Positions 1-11,750 of a DNA stretch of 64,000 nucleotides are shown here, in pieces. Each line of letters begins with the position of its first letter. Within the stretch, counting starts at the first letter, position 1. The notes beneath the pieces were generated by a model. The model did not search any database, was not told the origin of the DNA, and saw nothing but the letters and a program-made list of their open reading frames with translations. Both the position numbers and the translations under genes were made by a program. Origin of the DNA: the human T2T-CHM13v2.0 reference genome, Homo sapiens; NCBI RefSeq assembly GCF_009914755.1, contig NC_060929.1, one strand, 5' to 3'.

Positions 1-429
1 TCCATCCCTGACACTGCTATTTTATGAGAAAAATAGTGACTCTGTGGGAAGGCAATGATTTTATTAATTTTAAAAAGGTCAGTTTTTAAGTTTACTAGCA
101 TAGGAGAGTGGGCTCAGATAGTTTTAAAATACTTTCTAAAAAAGATGTGTAAAACTTTTAACTCTGAAATTGCATACATTTTTAGGAGTTGAGAGCTTGT
201 TTTGAGGTCAGGTTTTAATCCTCTTTCTGTCACTTATTGGCTCTGTGAATTCGAACTTGCTACATTATCTGGGCTTTAGTCCTCTTATTTTGAACCATTC
301 TTTGGTTATCCTGTTGAATATATAAATATATAAATATTCACCAAGAGATATATATTTGCATCATTAAAACTTTAAACATGGCCAGAAAAAATTACTAATA
401 GCAACACAAATCCTCTCCATCAACTATGT

Positions 430-642
430 GATCCCAAAGCGCCATATTTATTCTAACTTTCTAAAAGCAAAAATGCAGTCAGGGTGTTCAAAATGAGTTC
501 TGTTTGGTTGAAGCCAGAGCCTGAATCCTGAGAACTCGTTGGGAGTTGCTTTGAGGGCTCTGTCCTGGAGGACTTGTGGAGCCAAACTGGAAAAGCAGGA
601 TTTGGCTGCTCTTGGATTGTCCAGGAGCCACATGGGTGTGTC
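430..642 (-). other. C5orf46: C5orf46 terminal (3' UTR) exon 4; 3' end approximate
   Basis: Acceptor ttggcttgtgtttcaaag|GACACACCC at 643/642, followed by AATAAA at 452-447; unique non-repeat sequence. Confidence 0.8.
447..452 (-). terminator. Polyadenylation signal AATAAA of C5orf46
   Basis: TTTATT on the + strand, about 190 nt into the terminal exon. Confidence 0.75.
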
Positions 643-984
643 CTTTGAAACACAAGCCAAAGAGAGGAAAACAATTACCAAGTAGAGCTGGTTTAAGACG
701 TTAAATAAACCAAATAACTTTTAACCTTTCCCTTAAAATTTTTATGCTTCTGCACTTTAAAATAGAAGAGGTTTCATAATAAAATCAACTATAATACATT
801 CTTGAGGAAATGAGCAACAAAAACAACAAAGCAAAAATTCAGAGTATATAAAGAAAGAATCAGAAACAAGAATGAAGGGAGAATGTACATTGAATAAACT
901 CCTAAGGATAAGTTGAGTCACCAGTTTCACTGAGTTTCTGGATAGATAGGTGATGAAAAAGAAAAAAACTAAGTCACATAAATC

Positions 985-1557
985 TTTTTTTTTTTTTTTT
1001 TTTTGAGACAGAGTCCCTCTCTGTTGCCCAGGCTGGAGTGCAGTGGCTGTGATCCTGGCTCACTGCAGCTTCTGCCTCCCAGGTTCAAGCGATTCTTCTG
1101 CCTCAGCCTCCCGAGTAGCTGGGACTACAGGCACCCGCTACCACACCTGGCTAATTTTTTGTATTTTTAGTAGAGACAGGGTTTCACAGTTTTAGCCAGA
1201 ATGGTCTCGATCTCCTGATCTCATGATTTGCCTGCCTCAGCCTCCCAAAGTGCTGGGATTACGAGCCACAGTTTCGCTCTTGTTGCCCTGGCTGGAGTGC
1301 AGTGGCTTGATCTTGGTTTACCACAACCTCTGCCTCCCTGGTTCAAGCGATTCTCCTGCCTCAGCCTCATGAGTAGCTGGGATTACTGGCATGTGCCACC
1401 ATGCCCGGCTAATTTTGTATTTTTAGTAGAGACAGTGTTTCTCCATGTTGGTCAGGCTGGTTTCCACCTCCCGACCTCAGGTGATCTGCCCGCTCGGCCT
1501 CCCAAAGCGCTGGGATTTGGTAGGCACCTGTAATGGCATGAGGCACTATGCCCAGCC
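985..1557 (-). mobile_element. Head-to-tail double AluS (about 985-1268 and 1269-1557) within one TSD pair
   Basis: Two Alu bodies and one poly-T; TCACATAAATCTT at 974-986 and 1559-1571. Confidence 0.9.
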
Positions 1558-2482
1558 ATCACATAAATCTTATAAGCAGAAAAGAGGAATCTGACTTTAG
1601 GGAAGGCATATTTTTTTTTTTTTTGCCTGATTTCTAAAAGAAAAATTTTCCATAAGACTTCATGAAAACGTAATCAAGTGACATTGTGGCCACGGGCAAT
1701 TTTGCTTATCAGGTGCACTGGAATTTCCTGTCTGACTTACTTATTCCTAGATCCCTCCCTAGGAAGTTCTGACTGAGCAAGTCTAAGCATAAAAGTCTAG
1801 TGTGTCCTATAGTACATTTTGCCTTAATCCAAAACACTTGTATAAAAATTAAGAATTCATAAAGTGACTTTCTATCCATTACCTCTTTTGATAATTTTAG
1901 TAATCTAGTGAGGTTTGTCCAAATTTGTTTTTAAGCAGGAAAGAAAATTTATACTTAAAATATCAAATGACTTAAGACACAAAAAAAGATGACTTGAATT
2001 CATATGGTTTTAAACAATGCAGGACAAATGGAGTTAAAATTTTAATTTTATTGAAAATATTAAAGCCAGTAAAAATCATGCCAATGTTGTTCAGTAGAGG
2101 CTGAGAGGTTCTCAGATGAACCAGGTATTCGGTTATTGGATATTTTTCCAAATACTGTACCTCTCTCTACTCATCATATCAGGTTGTGTGTAGAATCTCT
2201 TCTCTCAGAGTTCACCTTATTTGTAGAGCATTCATAATGCTTATCCCCTCCTCCAGATATTCCTTCTTATCTTTTCCAAGGCATTCCCAAGGCCCCTTTA
2301 TGCATAACTTTATCATTTCCTTCCACAGTTATGAGATACACAGAGCTATGTGATTGCTGAGTCCATAAACTTCTCAACAGCCAGCTAGTTATTCATTTTG
2401 GTAGCATTGGCTGATTGATATAGTAGGTATGGATTAAAGAAGCATTAAAGAAATGTGTAAAAAAAAAAAAAAGGGAGGGATC

Positions 2483-2809
<327 letters not shown>

Positions 2810-2843
2810 CTATCCAACTACCTATCTTAATTTAGGAAATTCT

Positions 2844-2997
2844 GGCTGCATGCCATGTCTCATGCCTATAATCGGAACAGTTTAGGAGGCTGAGGTGGGC
2901 ATCCAAGTGATCACTTAGATCACTTGAGGCCAGGAGTTCAACACCAGCCTGGGCAGCATGGTGAAACCCTGTCTCTACTAAGAATACAAAAATTAGT
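2844..2997 (+). mobile_element. Alu left monomer (AluJ/FLAM-like)
   Basis: Diverged left arm with GAGGCCAGGAGTTCAA, ending at the AAAAATTAG linker. Confidence 0.75.
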
Positions 2998-3879
2998 CTC
3001 TCCCTTAGTTGCTTCCTTCTCCCTAGTTTAATGTTTTTTATATTACAACCCTAGATTGAGCCATTCCTCCCTGCTCATCAGGGCATCTTAGGTTGGTTCA
3101 TGCATCAATTCCAAGTTTTTCATGTGCAGTTAAAAAATTTATGGCATTAAGATTCCCTATGTTTTAAAAATTCATAAGGAGAAAAGTGGGGCTCAGGCAG
3201 GTAAAGTGGCCTGACCACGGTTACATAACCATTAAGTGGCTGATTTAGAAGTTGAATTTACATCTTGTCTATGTCTTCTGTTCTTTCTGCTCCTCCATGT
3301 GGCCTTGCCTATTAGACTACATCATAGACCAGACCTGTAGGATGTACTCCAAGGATTTGGGGTGTGGGTACCAAAAATTATAGGTGTGTACCAGAAGCCG
3401 GAATGAAGGCAAAGTATTAGGACACCTGCAAGAAGAGGCAGGCTGTTCTCTGAGAAGATGGGAATGAAGACATACAAACATAAGTGACTGAGTTTAAAAG
3501 CTTAATTGGCCTTAGGGTAAGAGTCAGGAGTGTCGGGGTTGGGCATGTTTTGATTTCAATGCCCAAGCCTGATTCTCATCCTTAGAAGCACATGGGAAAG
3601 GGTGGGCTAAGTTCCGGGGGAATATGATAGTAGCTTTCTGAACTTACATTAATCACACCCAGGTTATGAAATGGAGCCAATGGGGAAAAGGAGCATTTCC
3701 AGACCAGATCACAAACAGAAGTTGGGAAAGGCCATGCTTCCTGAATATGCAGATAAAGTAACTCAACTAAGCAAAGGGGTGGTGTTGTATTTCTATGAAC
3801 ATCTTGAGGTATGACTTAGATTACTTAGCTTAATCATTATTCTCCACTGCCTTCTCCTATACTATTCTGCTCTGTTTCC

Positions 3880-4130
3880 AGTAGCACTATGGCTTAGAGA
3901 TACAGCACAGGCCTTGGAATCAGGCTGCTTAAATTCAAATTGTGTCTTCATCCTTTATCAATATAGCCACATTAGCAAACCTCCCTGAACCTTCATTTCC
4001 TTATTTATAAAATTTAAGAATAATAATATCTATTTTGCATAGTGATTATGAATTAAATACTACAAGCCCTTAGTCATTAATCACTTAGCTTAATGCCTAA
4101 AACAGAGTAAGAACACAGTTCATACCAGCT
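3880..4130 (+). mobile_element. MIR SINE (one of many MIR fragments in the window)
   Basis: MIR core similarity: ctccctgaaccttcatttccttatttataaaat...gtgattatgaattaaat. Confidence 0.6.
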
Positions 4131-4695
4131 ACTAATATTACTACTTTTCCAGATCTAACACTTTTGTTTTCGTATTTCAATATGCATTTTCAGGAGAGAC
4201 CCGAGTAGGGAAAAAGCAAGTATTTCTGAGCACTCAAACTATATTGTTTGCCCATATATCTAACTGCGTGAGATAGAAAGTTTGTTATCCTTTCTCTCTG
4301 AATTAGGTTCAGCAAATTTCACTCTTCTTATGAGTAACTAACTGCATGATTACGTGGGTCCTTAGATTGCTAGTGCGTGCTAGCCCCTCATTTCACAGGC
4401 TGAACTTGTACAAAGCAAGTTCCTAGCAGATTTGTGACAGGAATCAGGTCTCCAAACTTGCCATCCTTATTCACTTCATCTCACAGCTCTACCTCCTCTC
4501 TTAAGAAAATTTTATTATTAGAAACTTGTACATGAAAAAAATATATTCATTTATTTTTTTAAAATGTACTTTTTCTGCTTGTAGGTAGACATGGGTAACC
4601 AAAATTATTAAATAAAACTGGACAGACTCTTTTTCCTTTGTCCAATACACTGTTATTTCAGTTGTAAATTTTAAGTGAAAAATCACCTGAGGATG

Positions 4696-4744
4696 TCACT
4701 TTGATGAATGTTTTCCTTCATTATCATCAAATTCCATAAATCCT
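4696..4744 (-). CDS. C5orf46: C5orf46 exon 3 coding part: (T)GFMEFDDNEGKHSSK*; the exon continues to 4687
   Basis: Polypyrimidine acceptor ttctctttttttctcaag|A; TGA at 4698-4696; donor CAG|GTGATT at 4687/4686. Total CDS is 70+145+49 = 264 nt = 87 aa + stop. Confidence 0.95.
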
Positions 4745-5249
4745 CTTGAGAAAAAAAGAGAAAATAAGAATTACAATTGAGACTGAACAGGAGTGTTAGA
4801 ATGATCACTAAGGCGCTGTATAATGTTTGAGCCACACTGTTCTTCTCTAGATTTTTCTATGTCAGAAAGAAATAAGACCTAAAATTTCTACATAGTTCAT
4901 AGTGGGCAAGTAATTTATGCATAATTATCTTTTTTGCATCTGCCAACAAACCCATTAGTTAGGTATCTATTCACACATAAACTCCATAAAGTCATATATT
5001 TTGGTATATTTTTCCAGTAATATATCCCCAGCACTTAGAACAGTGCATGGCAAATAGTAGAAATTAATAAATATTTGTTGAATGCATCTTTATTATCTCT
5101 TTTTATGTGTGAGAAAACCTTTGAAGCTTAAAGATTAAACAACCTGTCCAAAGCACATGGCTGGTAAGTTACAAAGAAAATTTAAAAATTTGGCTCTCCA
5201 GAGTCATTACTAAATGCTAGAAACATTATGCCCTATGGCTTAAGGACTG

Positions 5250-6500
5250 GGTACCAGGGTATCTGCTGAGATCGTAAAAGATAACTAAAATATGGTTTGT
5301 GAATTGCAGTCTAGTGGAGAAAACAGACAACTCAGATACAAGTAATTTAATACAATGTGGGGATAAAAGTTGTTATGAAGATTTCTGCAAAGGATTATGA
5401 AATCCCTGAATATGAAAAACTGAAATTTCTGATGTTAAGTGTCTATGACTTTTTTACAGAGTTTGTTTTTGAATTGGGCTTTAGAAAATGATTAGACTTG
5501 CCAAGTGAACAGAGTGGGGTTTTGGCTTTGGGGCTAGGCATTTTCAGCAGAGGGAAAAATCACACGCACAGATATTGGGGGTTTATACAAACATGACCTG
5601 CTTTAAAATGAAACTCATTAGTCATTGGGGCTTCAGGTTGCAGAGGTGAGAAATGTGACTGAAAGATACATTGGCATCAGAGAAGGACATTTGACATCAG
5701 CCTAATGCATTTGCTTGAATTTTGGAGGCAATGGAAATTCATGAAAAACTTTCAAGCATGGCAGTGATATGACCAAATTTAAATTTTTTTGATATAAAGT
5801 TCTGGTAGTAGGTAGAAGATGAATTGATGAGACAGAAGGTGGAACTTATTAGAAATCCAATAAAAAGAGAGACAGAGAAAAGTGAAACTTATTAGAAATC
5901 CAATAAAAGGAACTTGGGAAAGAGATGATAAAGGACTCAACTTGACCAACTAGTCAGTGGAGCTGAGGAAGAGAAATGTATATAGGGTGCATATACATAT
6001 ACCCGAGGAAGGTATATAGGGTAGAATATTCAGCAATTCGATGAAGGTGATGATGAGCAGGAAGGATTTGAGAAGATCCTTAGATTTCTGGATTCTGGGT
6101 GGATGATGATGTGACTTAATGAGATATGGAGGAAGGTTTTGAGTGAGATGATGGGCTTGGGTTTAGACCAGTGGAATTTGAAATAGTGGTAGAAAAACGA
6201 TGGAATTTTGTAGCAAGCAATCAGTTATTCCATCTGGAGCTCAGGAAAAAATTGCAACAGAAATGTGAATTTGAAACTCATTAGATTATAGGCAGTGTTC
6301 CCAATGTGTAAACTGCAATGTGAAGAACCAAGCACGTTTGGAATTCTGAGGAACAATGACATTTGGAGGGCAGGTGCATGAAGAAAAGTCAAATAAAAAG
6401 AATGAGAAAGAATGGCTAGTGGTAGAGAGAGAACCAGGAAAATACATCATGGAACCCAGAGGGGAAAATATTCCCTAGAATTAAGGGCTCTCAAAGGGTG
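5250..6500. mobile_element. Ancient L2 LINE fragments
   Basis: Purine-rich L2-like motifs (ggcaatggaaattcatgaaaaactttcaagcatggcagtgatatgacc; catctggagctcagga); boundaries approximate. Confidence 0.5.
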
Positions 6501-8084
6501 AGAGGAGTTAAGAATATGTATATTTTTCAGAAAAATGATGAGCAAAATGCAGTCTAGGTAGCTCCAAGCTGATCCAAAAGCAAGTGGAGAGAACAATCCA
6601 GTCTATTCATTGTTTCAAATGCATGTCTCTAGCATTTACTATGCATCTGACACACCACTTAGGCATCAGACATATTGGAGTAAATAAAGTAAAATTCCCA
6701 CCTTTATGAATCATTGTTATTCCTCTCATTCTCTCTTCCAAATCAAATATTGTTTAGTCATTCAAGGCCCAAATTACATCTTGCTTTTGCCATAAACACT
6801 TCCCTAAGCACACTGGACCCATTGAGAACTCCTTTCGCTGGAAACTGCCTGTGATCTTTGGCTGACATTTATCTTGCTACTCATTTTTATTTATGGCATT
6901 GTGCATTGGCTTAAGTAATTTTACCATAAGGACTGCAAATTATTTGAGGAGAAGGGATTAAGAGCCTAGACTATTCCTTCACAATCCGTGTCCCTGCTTT
7001 GTACATGTTAAGTGCTTAGCAATACTTTCTGACGTCTCCTCCTATCCTCCACCCCCTATTTTGCTTATGGTCTTCCCTTGAGCAGGGAGTTATGGGTATG
7101 TTTTAGATCCTGGCTCTACCACCCGCAGATTTATCTCTTGAGCAGATATTGCTGTGTCTTTGAGCAAAGATCCTTCAGGATTTCTCAGTCAAATTGAGGT
7201 AGATGGGCTTTAGGTCTGATCTGCAAGATATCTTTCCTTAATTAATTAATTCAAGTGCCTGACACTATATGCCATGTACTGTGCTCTTGCAACCAGTCAG
7301 GTGATTTGGTCTCTACTTTCACTTAGCTACTTGATTAAAAATAAATAAGTCATTTCGGATGGTAACAAATATTATGACACTGTAACAAGGTAAAGTGATA
7401 GAGAATAACAGGCAGTGGGAATGGAAGAAGACAGTATTAACAAGAATGGTCATAGAATAGTTTCTGAGGAAGTGACTTTTAGATTAGCTGTAAGCTCAAG
7501 AACTAGTCATTAGAAAAGGAGAGTATTTTAGTAAGGAGGGAGAGCAAGGGAAGAGAGCCTGAGATGGTAATAATTTCTAGCAACAGAAAGAAGGTCATTT
7601 ACTCAGAATGTAATGAGGGAAAGGGAAACCAGTAGATGAAGGGCCATTTCTGAGCCTAGAGCGGACAGCAATTCTTTAGCATATCAGAGAGTCGACTCTT
7701 ATGGTTAACACAGAGAAAAATGTCCTATTTTATACTTGGAAAATTCCCTAGGGAAGGAATGAAAAGAACTCTTAGTGTTCTAACTCCTTGTTTTGCTGTG
7801 TGGATGTAACAATACTAATTCAACTGGAGTCTAATCTTTAGTTTGTATGTAATGGGTGGTGCTCCTATTGTCGGCCTATGACTTTCCTTCTTGTTTACAT
7901 TAACAGTCTTGGAAAAATAACAGTTGCAAAAGCAACCACAGTAGGAAATGTAACAATTAAAAAAAAGCACCTGTGAGTTTTAACAATTTGTGGAGAAGGA
8001 TTGCCTGTAGAACACTGCCCAATCAGATGACAATCTATCCCTTTAAGCAGATCAGAGATTACAAAACCCCTGATTACTCCTACA

Positions 8085-8455
8085 TGGAAGTGGTTCTTAA
8101 TCTGCTATTGGTTAAAGACCCCTTTGAAAATCTAATAGAAGTCATGAACACTTTCCCCGGGAAAATGCAAAAATAAATAAATAAATAAATCACACTGACA
8201 CAAAATATTAATAAAAATGTAAAGGTTTTGTGGATCTTTAAGGCCCATCCATGCAACCCAGAACATCTGATCAAGGCATGGCTTTTGAAAATTTCTGTAT
8301 ATCAGAATTACCTGAAAAGCTTGTTGAAAACCATATCCATGGCCTTGTCCCCAGAAAGATGCAAAATGGGATGCAGAAATCTGCATTTTTAAAAATAAAT
8401 TCCCCCAAGGGATTCTGTATCAGGTGGGTATACCACACCTAGTCAAACTCTGCTT
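8085..8455. mobile_element. hAT-Charlie MITE remnants (MER5-like and an adjacent MITE)
   Basis: cagaattacctg...aatctgcattttt...tccccc is MER5-like; gtggttcttaa...gacccctttgaaaatct is an hAT-type end. Confidence 0.5.
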
Positions 8456-9330
8456 AAGGATCTATATGGGAGAAAATTAGAGAGCAGAGGCTTAGAGCAG
8501 TGGAAATTGAAAGCACCTGGAAATTTGGAAGAGTGAATTTCATCTTGGAGAACTGAAATTTGGGAGATTAATATGGGGAGAATAAAGCATACAGTGTAGT
8601 AGTGTCAAATCAAAACTATGTAGGCAAAAATAATATGTATTGGGAATTAGACACAGGCTTGGAAGCAGGCTGAGAACATTGGGAAGACTCTGGGATTGGT
8701 GATCTGCCCGAAGGCAGTCTCTCATGATGAAAACCAACACTCATGTTGAGAGGTTCTCTAGATTGTCTTTAAAGAGAGGTTATCTACTGTCTCTGCTAAC
8801 CTTCTTGAGCTACTCAAGCTAGAAAATATAGGCAGGACTCCTCACACCCATCACTAACGAACATATCACTACCTCTTACCTTCATCACGTAATCACAGTG
8901 CTTACAAGGGGCGGGCCATCTATTATTTTAACTTCACAGTTAAAATATGAGCAAATAGAGGCCTTCAGAGTGGGAGGGCCTTGTTCAAGACCACCTAGTA
9001 AAATAGCAACTGAGTTAGGATCAGAACTTGGCTTTTTGTTCCTTAGTCTAGTGTTCTTCCTCCTCCCTATTTGCTCCTGAGATTAAAAAGAAAAAAAAAA
9101 AAAAATCCTGTATGGAACCACTTGATGGGAATGTCCTTTCCCCCAAAAAGCTCAGGGCAGTTGATTCAGATGCAAAATATATTTTAAGTAGGGCAACATT
9201 TTTCAATGAAAAATAACACATTTACTTATGCCACAAATTTTGTTTCTCATGTATTTTAATGCCATGAGGTCATTGTGTGGTCATTATCAACAGAGAATTG
9301 GACAAAAAGCAACGTTTTTCTCAGTGCTTA

Positions 9331-9507
<177 letters not shown>

Positions 9508-9874
9508 TCAGCAACAAAGAAGGAATCATTCTTTCTGTGTGGGGAACGCTTGGGATTCTTTCTGACCCACTCACAAATTTCATAGCCTTATATGGTTATA
9601 TTCATCGAACATTTAATGCCTGTCTGGATAAAATCTTCACATGCATTGTCTCATTTATTTGTAAAAACAAACAAATAGACCGACTGATATTGATACTTAG
9701 GTAGACACTGGCACCGCCTGGTGAGTGAGAAAACCAAAGTTCCCAGAAGCTAAGTACTTATCTCAGAGTTAAGCAGCCAGTAAGTGCCAGTGCCAGGACT
9801 GACATACAGAATGTCTGTTTTTCCATATGATCTCCATGCCCATGGTAATAATAATATTAAAGATAAATTATCAA

Positions 9875-10216
<342 letters not shown>

Positions 10217-10934
10217 CTATGACGATCTACATGGATTGTCTTATTTTATCCTCATAGCAATTCTACAAGGTAGGAACAATTATCCCAATTTAAAGGTAAA
10301 GTAATATAATTTGAGAGATGTTTAGAAACTGGTTGAAAGTCACATAGTTAGTAAGTGGCAGAAATACAATTCAAACCCATGTCAGTTTGGCATTAAAATT
10401 TGGATTCTAAAGTACTCTATGATGAGCTGCACAGTCTTTGATGGAAAAGTTATGCAATTTGCACTTCTTTTAGAAGATTCAAAATAGTATAACAATAATG
10501 ATGACAAAGCAATTCTATCCCTTGCATATCACCTAGTAGTTTCATAAATAGTGATTTTACAAATGTTGTGTAATTTTATCCCCTGAGCAATCTTACAGAG
10601 TATGCATTTTTTAGCTCACTGAACTGAAAAGTGAAAGGATTAAGAGGCTTACAGAAGACCTCATAGACAGTAAGAAAAATGCTAAGATGATAACTGCAGG
10701 CCTCTTAACACTAGATTCTTAAGGGCCCATTGGAATGAGGGCCAAGGATCCAGAGTGAGGTTGATTATATTCAAGGTCCCTTGGGGGCTTTTTGACTTTG
10801 CTTGATTGTCTTTATTCCCAGGAGATGAGAAGAGATGGAAGAGTGACAGTAGCTACATGTGGTCGCCCCTCTGAGCCCTGGTCACAGGATAAAGTGGGAC
10901 CTTTATTTTTTAATTGTATTGTACCCTGACAAGT

Positions 10935-11128
10935 AATGTTACCAGACTGGGTACATAAAAATACAGGATGCCTAGTTAAATTTAAATTTCAGATAAACAA
11001 CAAATGCTTTTCTGGTACTATAAAAAAGATCCATGCAATAATTAGGACACCCTGATGCTGAAAGATTATTCATTGCATATCAGAAATCCAAATCTAACTG
11101 TGTTTCTCGTAGTTTATCTAGCAACCTC
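10935..11128. mobile_element. MER53-like palindromic DNA transposon
   Basis: aaaatacaggatgcctagttaaatttaaatttcagataaac...cagaaatccaaatctaactg forms an inverted structure. Confidence 0.65.
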
Positions 11129-11454
11129 AGCACAAGTTTTAACTCAAGAAGTCCCAACTTCTAGACAATGTACCCCTGACTTTGGATAAAGGAGATGTAA
11201 CTACCTTTTGTGTGGAGGCTGCCAAATTATGTCAGAAACTTTACATCTATATTATATCCTAAAATGGAAACTATTAGTAAAAAAGATTGGCAGGCAATTC
11301 TATGAGCATTTATTGTTTACTATGACACAACTAAAGATTTGATAGAAGCACCAGTTTGGGACATATAACCAAAATCAATATACTAATCATCACCTATTCA
11401 TATATCCAATGATTGGTTCCTTCATTCAAAAAGTATTTTTGGGCCTACTTTTTT

Positions 11455-11750
11455 AATGTTTTATTTTTGAAACAGGGCTTCACTCTCTCGTCCAGGCTGA
11501 AGGGCAGTGAAGTGATTACAGCTCACTGCAGGCTCAACGTCCTGGGCTCAAGACATCCTCCCACCTCAGCCTCCTGAGTAGCAGGGACGACAGGCATATG
11601 CCACCACAGCTGGCTAATTCTTGTATTTTGTGTAGAGACGGGGTTTCGCCATATTGCCCAGGCTGGTCTCGAACTCCTGGGCTTGAGTGATCTGCCCACG
11701 TCGGCCTCCTGAAGTGCTGGGGTCACAGGTGTGAGCCATCCTGCCTGGCC
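11455..11750 (-). mobile_element. AluJ element (C5orf46 intron 1)
   Basis: Reverse Alu with cctgggctcaag...atcctcccacctcagcc. Confidence 0.9.

Noticed and set aside
1228-1533. Alu-derived ORFs (also at 2567, 9889, 15383, 22200, 29541, 43759, 46420 and 55845)
   Set aside because: Typical translations of Alu consensus sequence, with no gene structure.
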